20,295 nt of DNA from contig NZ_FNLK01000009.1 in the NCBI RefSeq assembly GCF_900105015.1, positions 1 to 20,295 on the forward strand, in the 5' to 3' direction. Positions 1 through 8,017 of this stretch are shown here, one piece after another (positions within the stretch are counted from its first letter, which is position 1; each line of letters starts with the position of its first letter). Made by a program: the position numbers and the translations under genes. This stretch comes from Schaalia meyeri. GTDB taxonomy: Bacteria > Actinomycetota > Actinomycetes > Actinomycetales > Actinomycetaceae. The notes beneath the pieces were generated by a model. It ran no database searches and was not told where the DNA came from. It worked only from the letters and a program-made list of their open reading frames with translations.

Positions 1-26
1 ACAGCGCGCCTATGCGCCAAAACCAA

Positions 27-560
27 CTATTTAGCTACCTTAAACCTACGAACCAACGGCTTATCCGGCTGATCCGCACCATCAATCTTCAACGTCCACA
101 CATACACCACATCACCACCACTACCCTCAACATCCACCGTCCACGACGAGTAATACTCACAATCCTGCTCCACACACAAATCATAAGAATCCCCACCCAA
201 ACGCCAAAAATCAGTAGCCGACATCATCTTATACACCATGTCGTCCTTATTCACCGAAACCCGATTCTGCGCATCCAACTTAAACTGCTGACCCGAAATA
301 CCAGCCGGATCCACCCCCACCAACTGAGCACCCACCATCTTACTCAACGCCACAGCCTTCTCACCAATCCTGCGCTTTTCCTGCCCAGAAGCAGAACTCA
401 TCTGAGCAATCAACTCACGCTTTTGACCCTCCGGAATATTCTGCAACTTACTAATATCAGCAGAACCCCCACGAAACGGAAAACAACCAGACAAACCAAC
501 AACAACAAACAAAAAAGACGAAGCCGCAGCAACAACACGACGAGAAACAAGAGACAACAT
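27..560 (-). CDS. Hypothetical secreted lipoprotein (177 aa from Met at 560); compositionally atypical gene
   Basis: Sub-ORF of track ORF 27..686. The Met at 560 follows GGAGAG (revcomp of 565-570) by a short spacer. The N-terminus MLSLVSRRVVAAASSFLFVVVGLSGC has a positive n-region (RR), a hydrophobic core and an LSGC lipobox. I recognise no family for the mature part. The alternative ATG at 686 overlaps the upstream stop (ATGA) but would add 42 non-signal residues. Confidence 0.65.
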   Translation of the reverse strand: MLSLVSRRVVAAASSFLFVVVGLSGCFPFRGGSADISKLQNIPEGQKRELIAQMSSASGQEKRRIGEKAVALSKMVGAQLVGVDPAGISGQQFKLDAQNRVSVNKDDMVYKMMSATDFWRLGGDSYDLCVEQDCEYYSSWTVDVEGSGGDVVYVWTLKIDGADQPDKPLVRRFKVAK

Positions 561-682
561 AACTACTCTCCTACTTTCAGACTGGTCAATCATACGCACC
601 CCAGGGGGCAGCGTGTCAACTCTGTGATCCGATCCGGAATCGCGGCGCGTCGCCGCGCGCCCCCACACCAATGGCTGCGACA

Positions 683-1705
683 TCACCCGCCAGCGAAGGG
701 AGGCAGAACGTCGACGCGCGTCCCCGGGACGAGCTCCGTGTCCAGGCGCGCGGAACGCTCATTCACCAGGTAGCTCGACACGTCCAGGATCCGGCCGAGC
801 TTCGGCCTGTCCTCCCTGAGCTGTTCGATCAGTTCGCCCAGCGTCGCCGGCGTCTTTGAGGACGGCAACTCACGCACGTACCCGCCGGCCGCCTCGGCCG
901 CACCACCAAAAAAGTGCAGCGTCGTCGACATCGGCTTCGGATTCGCTTCGTTCACGGGGCGGATGTAAACGATCAACCGCAGGGGCTCCACCGGATCGGC
1001 CTCCAGCGCCCACGTGGCAAATCCCGTTGCCGTCCGCTCGAACACGCGCTCAACGATCCCGCGCCGCAACTCCAACGCCAGATCATCCGGCGCCCCCGGC
1101 TCCGTGAACGGGCAGGCTGTCAGCACGACCGCCAGGGGATCGCTCTCGTGCGGGACCGAGGCAAAACCCATCGCGTTCATGAACAGCCGAACCTTGCCCA
1201 AGTGCCCAGCTATATTGAAGGCGTCGCGCACGCTGCGACGGGAAGCCGAATGAGCGTGGTCGGGCACCGCCATGGCCTCCATCGCCGCATCCGCCCACCG
1301 CGCACCGATCTCGCGCACCGAAGCGGCGGGGTCGGACGCGTCCTCCCGCAGCCACGTCAACAGCGAGGAGGTCAGCTGATGGAGCATCTGCGCCGCAAAA
1401 GAAGGATCCGCGGGAGTCGTCGTCGAATAGCCGAACGCTGGGCGTCCGCGCCCCGAGGAGGGTAACCGCTGCTTTTCGACCAGCCCCAGGCCGCACAGCC
1501 CCTCAAGCGTTTCGCGCACGCTCGACACGTGCAGGCCGACCTCCCGGGCCAGCTCAGCCACGGTCACGGGGCTCGCATGACACGAAATCCGCTCCAACAG
1601 GGCGTGCTGCGCGGGAGTCAAGGCGGCCATCGCCGCCAGTGTTTCAGCCAGCGGCCGAGAACGGGAGGCGTCGGTCATCGCGCGTCCTCTCTTGCTCATA
1701 CTCAC
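683..1705 (-). CDS. Winged-HTH transcriptional regulator (GRGRPA-wing, CPF-motif middle domain) fused in frame to a C-terminal MoaD/ThiS-like ubiquitin-fold domain ending PPFAGG
   Basis: Continuous 340-codon ORF. The N-terminal part VTVAELAREVGLHVSSVRETLEGLCGLGLVEKQRLPSSGRGRPAFGY looks like an ArsR/COG2345-type wHTH. The last 82 aa (nt 683-931), MSTTLHFFGGAAEAAGG...VDVLPPFAGG, have the MoaD-like FFxxxxExxG start and a terminal Gly-Gly. The first codon at 1705 is GTG. The ATG at 1678, preceded by GAGAGGA, is a plausible alternative start. Confidence 0.75.
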   Translation of the reverse strand: MSMSKRGRAMTDASRSRPLAETLAAMAALTPAQHALLERISCHASPVTVAELAREVGLHVSSVRETLEGLCGLGLVEKQRLPSSGRGRPAFGYSTTTPADPSFAAQMLHQLTSSLLTWLREDASDPAASVREIGARWADAAMEAMAVPDHAHSASRRSVRDAFNIAGHLGKVRLFMNAMGFASVPHESDPLAVVLTACPFTEPGAPDDLALELRRGIVERVFERTATGFATWALEADPVEPLRLIVYIRPVNEANPKPMSTTLHFFGGAAEAAGGYVRELPSSKTPATLGELIEQLREDRPKLGRILDVSSYLVNERSARLDTELVPGTRVDVLPPFAGG

Positions 1706-1941
1706 TCATCCTCAACGGAAATACCCGCGACGGGCGTTTCCAAACGGCTTTAGCGGCGTTACGTTACTGACAAATCGCGCTGCAATTCTAGCCAGCTCAC
1801 GCGCGCACCCGCACGGCCAGCGCCACCGATCAATCACGCCCCGCCGCGAGGAATCCGCTTAACCGGCCGTCGCCCACCGCGCGCACGAGGCGGCGCGACG
1901 CGGGCTTGCTGGCCGCATCGCTCTCGCGGCCCGGGCCCACC

Positions 1942-3273
1942 TTAATGGCGCGCGCTTCCGCGCCGACGGGCGGAGCGGCGCACGCGGATCCCGGAGGTCA
2001 CGGGGTCAACATCACTGAACTGGCGAGGCGACAGCTCGTAGTCAACGCGGTGCTCGGGCTCCGGCTCGAAGGCCTGCGGGAGGGGCCGCTGGGTCCCGCC
2101 GGGGACGCGCTGCGTGGCGCGCTGGGGGAACGCGGGCGGCGCGGGAATCGGCTCCAGCACCTCCTCAACGCGAGACTGGGCGGGTTGACGCACGCGAGGC
2201 GGCGGCGCCTCGCGCAGAGGCTGAGAGACGGGACGGCTGGGCTGGGCGGGCGTATAGATGCCTTCGGGAGCGATCGCGGTGGGACGCACGTGGACGGGGC
2301 GGATCTGGGGGACGTTCTTTGTGATGGAGTCGCCAGAGGCGACGGGGGACTCGGCGGGCACGGCCGCCCCCGCGCGGCGCGCTCCCGGCCGCGACGGGGG
2401 CAGCGGGGGGGCTACCGGGGTCTGAGGGGCCGAGGCGCCCGCGGGTATGTCGGCCGGGTCGTCGCCGTTGCCGGAGACTCGCTCCAAGAAGGGTCGGCCC
2501 GCGCGGCGCGGCAGGGGCGTGCCCTCGGTCCTGCGGTGACGGCTGAGCCCCGCGGGAGGCGGCATGGGCACCGGGTCGCCCTGGGGGCGACCGGCGGGGT
2601 CGGTGGGCGCAGTTGGAGCCGTGGGCCTAGAGGGAGCGACGGACGCGGTCGGCGCGGTAGGAGCAGCGGGCGCATCGGGGGTGATCAACTGGGCGGGAAC
2701 GTCCTGGTCCACGCCGGACGCAGCAGACGCATCCGCGCCGGGCTGCGGGGCCGGGGCTGCCAGGTCGCCCGGCTCGTGAACGGGGGCGGCGATGACAGGC
2801 ATTTCGTCGGCGGAGCGACGACCAATGAAGAAGGAACGCAGCTGCATGGCGGCCTCCTGGGCCAGGACGCCGCCAATGACCTCGGTGGGGTGTGGCATGC
2901 GGGTATCACGCAGGACGTCGCGCAGGGATCCGGCGGCACCGGCCTTGGGATCCCACGCGCCAAAGACAACGCGATCGACGCGGGACGCCAGGATCGCACC
3001 CGCACACATGGTGCACGGCTCAAGCGTCACGACGAGCGTGCATCCGGTCAGGCGCCACGTGCCCAGGGCCTGGCCGGCCTCGCGCAGGGCGACAATTTCG
3101 GCGTGACCGGTGGGGTCGTGATACGCCTCGCGACAGTTCCATCCCCGTCCGATGATGTGGCCGCCTGAGTCTATGACGACGGCCCCGACGGGCACATCCC
3201 CCGTTTCGCGGGCGCGGTTGGCCAGAAACAGGGCCTTCCCCATGACTTCGCGGTACTGCTCGTTAGCTGTCAC
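1942..3273 (-). CDS. tadA: tRNA-specific adenosine(34) deaminase TadA with a C-terminal Pro/Ala/Arg-rich low-complexity extension of about 290 aa
   Basis: The N-terminal ~150 aa carry the CDA-fold zinc motifs HAE (TGHAEIVAL) and PCxxC (LEPCTMCAGAI), plus typical TadA context (VGAVVIDSGGHIIGRGWN, VVFGAWDPKAGA). The frame stays open to TAA at 1942-1944 through APTAPTA-type repeats. Confidence 0.85.
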   Translation of the reverse strand: MTANEQYREVMGKALFLANRARETGDVPVGAVVIDSGGHIIGRGWNCREAYHDPTGHAEIVALREAGQALGTWRLTGCTLVVTLEPCTMCAGAILASRVDRVVFGAWDPKAGAAGSLRDVLRDTRMPHPTEVIGGVLAQEAAMQLRSFFIGRRSADEMPVIAAPVHEPGDLAAPAPQPGADASAASGVDQDVPAQLITPDAPAAPTAPTASVAPSRPTAPTAPTDPAGRPQGDPVPMPPPAGLSRHRRTEGTPLPRRAGRPFLERVSGNGDDPADIPAGASAPQTPVAPPLPPSRPGARRAGAAVPAESPVASGDSITKNVPQIRPVHVRPTAIAPEGIYTPAQPSRPVSQPLREAPPPRVRQPAQSRVEEVLEPIPAPPAFPQRATQRVPGGTQRPLPQAFEPEPEHRVDYELSPRQFSDVDPVTSGIRVRRSARRRGSARH

Positions 3274-3478
3274 CCCTCCAGTTTACCGGCCAAAGCACAA
3301 TTGAGGTAACTGAAGAGCACGGGGTTGGTGAGGCTAAAGTGACACATGAACTTGACACTCGCCTCCTCCTCGTCCCGCGCTCACCCCCGCACCCCGGCGC
3401 GACCTCGCCGAACACGCCGCATCCCGCCTGCGACACACCGAAGTGCACAGCCGCGCGCGAACGCGGTAGCCTATAGAC

Positions 3479-4117
3479 ATGCGCCTCCACGTAGCTAATC
3501 ACCCCCTGATCACCCACAAGCTCACCGTCCTGCGCGATCGCGAAACGCCGTCGGCAACGTTCCGCCAGCTCGTAGACGAACTGGTCACCCTGCTCGCCTA
3601 CGAGGCAACCCGCGAAGTGGCCGTCACCGAGACCGCGATCAACACCCCCGTCGCGCCGACAGTCGGGCTGAAGCTCTCCGAGCCTCGCCCGATCGTCGTG
3701 CCCGTCCTGCGCGCCGGCCTGGGCATGCTTGAGGGCATGACCCGACTGCTGCCCACCGCAGAGGTCGGCTTCCTGGGCATGCGTCGCGACGAGGACACCC
3801 TGGAGATCGAGACCTACGCGAACCGCCTGCCCGATGACCTGTCGGGGCGCCAGTGCTTCGTCCTGGATCCCATGCTGGCCACCGGGCACACCATGGTTGC
3901 CGCCACGAACTACCTCTTCGAGCGCGGCGCCAGGGACGTCACCTGCGTGTGCATCCTGGCCGCCCCGGAAGGCGTGAGCACGCTCGAAGCAGCGGTCGGT
4001 GACCGCGCCGACGTCACCGTCGTCGTCGCGGCCGTCGATGAGTGCCTGAACGACAAGTCCTACATCGTCCCCGGCCTGGGCGACGCGGGGGACCGCCTGT
4101 ACGGCATCGTCGACTAA
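3479..4117 (+). CDS. upp: Uracil phosphoribosyltransferase
   Basis: 212 aa that align by eye along their whole length with E. coli Upp: [18 protein letters not shown], the PRPP loop [11 protein letters not shown], and [14 protein letters not shown] at the C-terminus. Confidence 0.97.
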   Translation: MRLHVANHPLITHKLTVLRDRETPSATFRQLVDELVTLLAYEATREVAVTETAINTPVAPTVGLKLSEPRPIVVPVLRAGLGMLEGMTRLLPTAEVGFLGMRRDEDTLEIETYANRLPDDLSGRQCFVLDPMLATGHTMVAATNYLFERGARDVTCVCILAAPEGVSTLEAAVGDRADVTVVVAAVDECLNDKSYIVPGLGDAGDRLYGIVD

Positions 4118-4183
4118 GGCCGGGGCCGCCTGGCGCTCCCCGAGGCGAACCCGGACCCCGCCACGCGGCGCCGGGCGCTGGCG

Positions 4184-4993
4184 TTAGAACGCCGGGATGA
4201 CCGACCCGTCGGGCCAGGTCTGCTTGATGTATTCCTTGACCTGATCGGAGTGCAGCAGCTTTTCGAGCCTCGCGGTGGCATCGGCCTTATCGGAGCCGCC
4301 CTTCCACACGAGCACGTTCACGGCCGGGTTGTGCTCGGGCGACTCGACGACCAGCGCGTCGCTGGAAATGCTCTTGCCACCCTCCTGGGCAAAGTTTCCG
4401 TTGATGACGGCGTAATCGAAGTCGTCGAGTGAGCGCACCAACTGCGGCCCCTCGACCTCACGGAAGTTGAAGTTCTTCAGCTTGGTGACCGTGTTGACGT
4501 TGACGTCACCGCCCTGAGGGATGGAGACCAGACCCTGCCTGGCCAGCAGCTCCAGGGCGCGCGACTGGTTGGACGTGTCGGAGATGATGCCGATCGTGCT
4601 GCCGTCCGGCAGTTCGTCCAGGGACTTGTGCTTGTTGGAGAACACGCCCAGGGGCTCCAGGTGGATGCCTTCGCCCGCCTCGAAGTCGTAGCCGAACTGC
4701 TGCTCCGCGTTGTTTAGATAGGGGACGGTCTGATAGAAGTTCGCGTCGAGGTCCCCGTCGTCGAGCGCCTTGTTAGGCTGCACGTAGTCGGTGTATTCGA
4801 CGACCTTCAGCTTGATCCCCTCAGCGGCAGCCAGGTTTTCGTTGACGTAGGTGAGGATCTTCGCGTGGGGCGAGGGGGTCGCGCCCACCGTCAGCGTAAC
4901 GACGTCGGAGGAGGCGGAGCCGTCGGAACAGGCCGCCAGGCCCAGGGAGGCCACGGCCGCCAAGCCGATGGCTGCGAAAGTGCGGTAACGCAT
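4184..4993 (-). CDS. metQ: Methionine ABC transporter substrate-binding lipoprotein (MetQ/NlpA family)
   Basis: Signal peptide with an LAAC lipobox. The body is NlpA-family-like (VGATPSPHAKIL, NFYQTVPYL, YAVINGNFA). It lies last in a metN-metI-metQ string. RBS AGGAAAGAG lies upstream. Confidence 0.92.
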   Translation of the reverse strand: MRYRTFAAIGLAAVASLGLAACSDGSASSDVVTLTVGATPSPHAKILTYVNENLAAAEGIKLKVVEYTDYVQPNKALDDGDLDANFYQTVPYLNNAEQQFGYDFEAGEGIHLEPLGVFSNKHKSLDELPDGSTIGIISDTSNQSRALELLARQGLVSIPQGGDVNVNTVTKLKNFNFREVEGPQLVRSLDDFDYAVINGNFAQEGGKSISSDALVVESPEHNPAVNVLVWKGGSDKADATARLEKLLHSDQVKEYIKQTWPDGSVIPAF

Positions 4994-5078
4994 GGTGGTT
5001 CTCTTTCCTGCTTCTTGATGGGATGGATGGACCGGGCCGGTGACCTCGCGAAATCCGTCAGCGACCCCACGGGATCCG

Positions 5079-5813
5079 TCAGCGCGCGCGATGGTCGAGT
5101 GCGCGCGAGATGAGGTCGCCGATCACCTGGATGACCTGGACGATGACGATGATGGCGACGACGGTGCAGATCATGACGTCGGTCTGCCAGCGGTTGTAGC
5201 CGTAGTTGATGGCCATCTGTCCCAGTCCGCCGCCGCCGACGGCCCCGGCCATCGCGGAGTAGCCGATCAGGGTGATCGCCAGCGTCGTGACCGACTGGAC
5301 CAGGGCGGGCAGGGCCTCGCGAATGAGGACCCCCCAGCGGATCTGCCGGTTGGAAGCGCCCATCATCTGGGCGGCCTCAACCTTTCCGGGGTCAACCGCC
5401 AAGAGATTGGTCTCGACCAGGCGCGCAAAGAAGGGCGCCGACAGGATCACGAGGGGCACGACCGTGGCCAGGGAGCCGGTGGACCTGCCGACGATCAGCT
5501 TCGTGACGGGGATCAAAACGATGATGCCGATGATAAAAGGCAGCGAGCGCACGACGTTGACCACGAAGGAGACGCCCTGGTGGACCGCCTTGTTGGGCGT
5601 AAGCCCACCCTTGCCGGTCTGGACCAGGACGAGGCCCAGGAGCGTGCCGATGATGACCGCACAGACCGTGGACAGGCCCACCATCTGCAGGGTCTCGAAG
5701 ATCGCGGGCACGAATTGTTTCTTGAGGGCTTCGTTATCAAACCATGTCGGGTCGCCCTTACCCGCGGGCGCGATCGCCAGGGCGGGCCAAGCGGCCAGGT
5801 GTACGGCGGTCAT
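5079..5813 (-). CDS. metI: Methionine ABC transporter permease
   Basis: Internal start (MTAVHLAAW...) of track ORF 5079..6341. The ATG at 5813 overlaps the metN stop (ATGA, 5810-5813). The protein is a multi-TM MetI-like sequence with the EAA-type loop VDPGKVEAAQMMGASNRQI. Confidence 0.92.
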   Translation of the reverse strand: MTAVHLAAWPALAIAPAGKGDPTWFDNEALKKQFVPAIFETLQMVGLSTVCAVIIGTLLGLVLVQTGKGGLTPNKAVHQGVSFVVNVVRSLPFIIGIIVLIPVTKLIVGRSTGSLATVVPLVILSAPFFARLVETNLLAVDPGKVEAAQMMGASNRQIRWGVLIREALPALVQSVTTLAITLIGYSAMAGAVGGGGLGQMAINYGYNRWQTDVMICTVVAIIVIVQVIQVIGDLISRALDHRAR

Positions 5814-6832
5814 TGGTCCCTCACTTCCGCGTGGACGTTGTTCTTGCGCAGCTGCTCGATGATCTTGTCGGCGTGGTAGGCGGGGACGGTCAGGGCCAGG
5901 CGGCCCACCTGCACGCTGCCGAGAGACTCGAAGGTACCGGCCGTCACGTCCGCGCCCATGGAGGAGGCCAGGCGCAGGACGGTCGCCCCCGTGGGCACGC
6001 CCGGGTGCGAGGTGAACACCACGTCGAGCAGGACGACACCGGGGGAATCGGAGTCGGGAACGTAGCCGTGCGGTGGCGTCGCAGCGGAGTCGACGACGGG
6101 CATGGGGACCAGTTCGCGGGCAAGCGGGGTGGCCGGGTCGGCCACGACCTCTGCGAGGCTGCCGGATTGCAGCACCTGTCCGTGGCCCAGGAGGGTCACG
6201 GAGTCGCAGATCTCGCGAACGACTGCCATCTCGTGGGTGATGATGACGACGGTGACGTCCGCGACGTCGCGGACGCGGCGCAGCAGCGCGAGGATCTGCG
6301 CGGTCGAATCGGTGTCGAGGGCGCTGGTCGGCTCGTCGCACAGGAGCACGGCCGGATTGTCGGCCAGGGCGCGGGCGATGCCGACGCGCTGGCGTTGACC
6401 CCCCGACAGCTGGGACGGGTAGGAATCGCCGCGTCCCGCCAGGCCCACCAGTTCGAGCAGCTCATCGACGCGCTCGCGCCGCTTTGCGGCGGGCACGCCG
6501 GCAAGCTTGAGGGGATAGCCAATGTTGTCGGCGGCGGTGCGCGCATCCAGCAGGTTCGCGGCCTGGAACACCATGCCGATGCGACGGCGAGCCGCACGCA
6601 ACGCGGAGCCCGCCAAGGTGGACAGGTCCAGGCCATCGACGACGATGCGGCCATCGGTGGGCTTCTCCAGCGCCGTCAAACACCTGATGAGCGTGGACTT
6701 GCCCGCGCCGGACCTGCCGACGATCCCGTGAATGGATCCGCGGTCAACGTGCAGGTTCACCCCATCGAGCGCGACGACTTGGCCGCCGTTTTTCACGGGG
6801 TAGACCTTGGACACCCCGGTGAGGTCAATCAT
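5810..6832 (-). CDS. metN: Methionine ABC transporter ATP-binding protein with C-terminal NIL domain
   Basis: Walker A GRSGAGKST, signature LSGGQRQRV and Walker B LLCDEPTSALD. The C-terminal ~100 aa are typical of the MetN NIL regulatory domain. RBS GGAGAAG lies upstream of the ATG at 6832. Confidence 0.95.
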   Translation of the reverse strand: MIDLTGVSKVYPVKNGGQVVALDGVNLHVDRGSIHGIVGRSGAGKSTLIRCLTALEKPTDGRIVVDGLDLSTLAGSALRAARRRIGMVFQAANLLDARTAADNIGYPLKLAGVPAAKRRERVDELLELVGLAGRGDSYPSQLSGGQRQRVGIARALADNPAVLLCDEPTSALDTDSTAQILALLRRVRDVADVTVVIITHEMAVVREICDSVTLLGHGQVLQSGSLAEVVADPATPLARELVPMPVVDSAATPPHGYVPDSDSPGVVLLDVVFTSHPGVPTGATVLRLASSMGADVTAGTFESLGSVQVGRLALTVPAYHADKIIEQLRKNNVHAEVRDQ

Positions 6833-6987
6833 GAGCTTCTCCGTTACTGGGCCGCGCGGCCCGCACGATCAGGATATGAGGGGCGCGCGCGGGCGCGCCA
6901 CGCATGCTGTTACAAAACTCCGTATCGTGGCTACACCCTCATCGACCAGCGCAATTCGAGCCCCAGCCTGGAGGCACCGTCAACGCG

Positions 6988-7359
6988 TCACCGGGCGAGC
7001 GCGATCCCCGCCACGGCGGCCACCCAGGACGCCGCCCACGTGCCCAACGCCAAGGCCAGCGACCGGCCTCTCAGCCCATCGGACCACAGGGTCACCGCGT
7101 CCACGATGGCGGTCGAAAAAGTCGTGAAGCCGCCCAGGAAGCCCGTCGTCACGATGGGCATCGCGGCGGAGGGCGCCGCCCGCGTGGCGACGCCTGCCAG
7201 GAAACACCCGATGACGTTGACGACCAGGATCCCCAGGCGTGCCGCCGCCGGCTCGCCCCACCCAGACAGCGCCCGCTGGGTGAGCCGATCCAGCCAGAGC
7301 CGGGCGCACGCGCCCACGCCGCCCGCCAGCGCCACGCACGCGAACAGGAAGACGCTCAC
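6988..7359 (-). CDS. crcB: Fluoride ion channel subunit CrcB/FluC (downstream member of a pair)
   Basis: 123 aa with four hydrophobic segments and the CrcB signature GFLGGFTTFST. The GTG start overlaps the stop of the upstream crcB (GTGA at 7356-7359). Confidence 0.9.
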   Translation of the reverse strand: MSVFLFACVALAGGVGACARLWLDRLTQRALSGWGEPAAARLGILVVNVIGCFLAGVATRAAPSAAMPIVTTGFLGGFTTFSTAIVDAVTLWSDGLRGRSLALALGTWAASWVAAVAGIALAR

Positions 7360-7823
7360 GCTCCCTCACCCCGACTCGCCCCCGATTCGCCGGGCGCACT
7401 GGGGGCGCACATCCGCTTCCCGACGCGCGTGCCCGCCCACGCGGCCGCGCCGCCCAGGGCCAGCAAAGCGAGGGAACGGGCCGCGGCCTCGGCGATGCCA
7501 CTGCGACACGCGTGATCCGCCGACGCCACGATGTACGTCCCGTACGTGGTGAAGGCACCCGTAAAACCGGTGCCGACCAGCAGCTTCAACTGGCGAAGCT
7601 CCGCGGCGCCGCCACGCCCGATCGCCAGGCGTCCGCCCACCCACGCGGCCACCGCGCCCAGCCCAAACGCCCCCATCACGTTGACCGCCGCCGTTGACCA
7701 CGGCAGGAACAGGCCACCAACCGGGAAAGCCAGCGCCACCTGATCCAACAGCGCACGCGCAGCCGTGCCCACGGCCCCGCCCGCGCCGACCGCCAACCAA
7801 TCGGGAACCCGACTCCTCACCAT
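7356..7823 (-). CDS. crcB: Fluoride ion channel subunit CrcB/FluC (upstream member of a pair, with a short charged C-terminal tail)
   Basis: Internal start MVRSRVPDWLAVGAGGAVGTAAR of track ORF 7356..8108, with ATG at 7821-7823. Contains the CrcB signature GTGFTGAFTTYGT. Paired crcB genes imply a heterodimeric Fluc. Confidence 0.85.
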   Translation of the reverse strand: MVRSRVPDWLAVGAGGAVGTAARALLDQVALAFPVGGLFLPWSTAAVNVMGAFGLGAVAAWVGGRLAIGRGGAAELRQLKLLVGTGFTGAFTTYGTYIVASADHACRSGIAEAAARSLALLALGGAAAWAGTRVGKRMCAPSAPGESGASRGEGA

Positions 7824-8017
7824 GGCGCCCACTTTACGCCCAGCGAGCCACCCGCCCCAGGGCGACGCGAAGCCGCAACCACCAATCCCGCAAACCGCGC
7901 GCCCCTCGTCCCAAACGACGCGGGTGAGCCTCCAGCAGTGGCCATTCCACACGTCACCGCAGTCTTCCGTCCCCGCGCGGCGCGGGATCGGGACGCCTGC
8001 CTCGTACACTGACACAT

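Noticed and set aside
27-686. Full 219-aa version of the lipoprotein ORF, starting at the ATG that overlaps the upstream stop (ATGA at 683-686)
   Set aside because: It adds 42 residues (MMSQPLVWGRAATRRDSGSD...) ahead of an otherwise canonical signal peptide. That segment lies in the GC-rich flank, not in the low-GC gene body. A good RBS precedes the Met at 560. Kept as an alternative start only.
683-931. MoaD-like segment as an independent 82-aa gene starting at the ATG at 929-931
   Set aside because: No stop codon separates it from the upstream wHTH frame, and no SD precedes the internal ATG, so the fusion reading is the straightforward one. Internal initiation cannot be excluded.
1906-3168. 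420-aa plus-strand ORF antisense to tadA, and similar long antisense ORFs at 5744-7552 (+), 12348-13502 (-), 14894-15862 (-), 16518-17408 (-), 17977-19350 (-) and 19464-20225 (-)
   Set aside because: Each lies opposite a confidently identified gene. Each encodes R/G/A/P/D-rich low-complexity sequence with no recognisable motifs. This is typical of stop-codon-poor shadow frames in high-GC DNA.
3274-3478. PyrR-type attenuator (UCCAGAGAGG loop) upstream of upp and of the uracil permease gene (12000-12152)
   Set aside because: The conserved PyrR-binding loop sequence was not found in either leader. Only weak short stems are present, for example GCGC-GTCA-GCGC followed by TTCTTTT near 12043.
5053-5084. 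11-bp direct repeat ATCCGTCAGCG at 5053 and 5074 in the metI-metQ junction
   Set aside because: Only two copies are present, one overlapping the metI stop codon, with no symmetry or known motif. It is most simply a small local duplication.
7824-8017. Fluoride riboswitch (crcB motif) upstream of the crcB pair
   Set aside because: I read the minus strand of the 194-nt leader and did not find the conserved GGnGAUGG...AACCGCC...GAUGAUGCCUAC-type core. A covariance-model scan would be needed to be certain.
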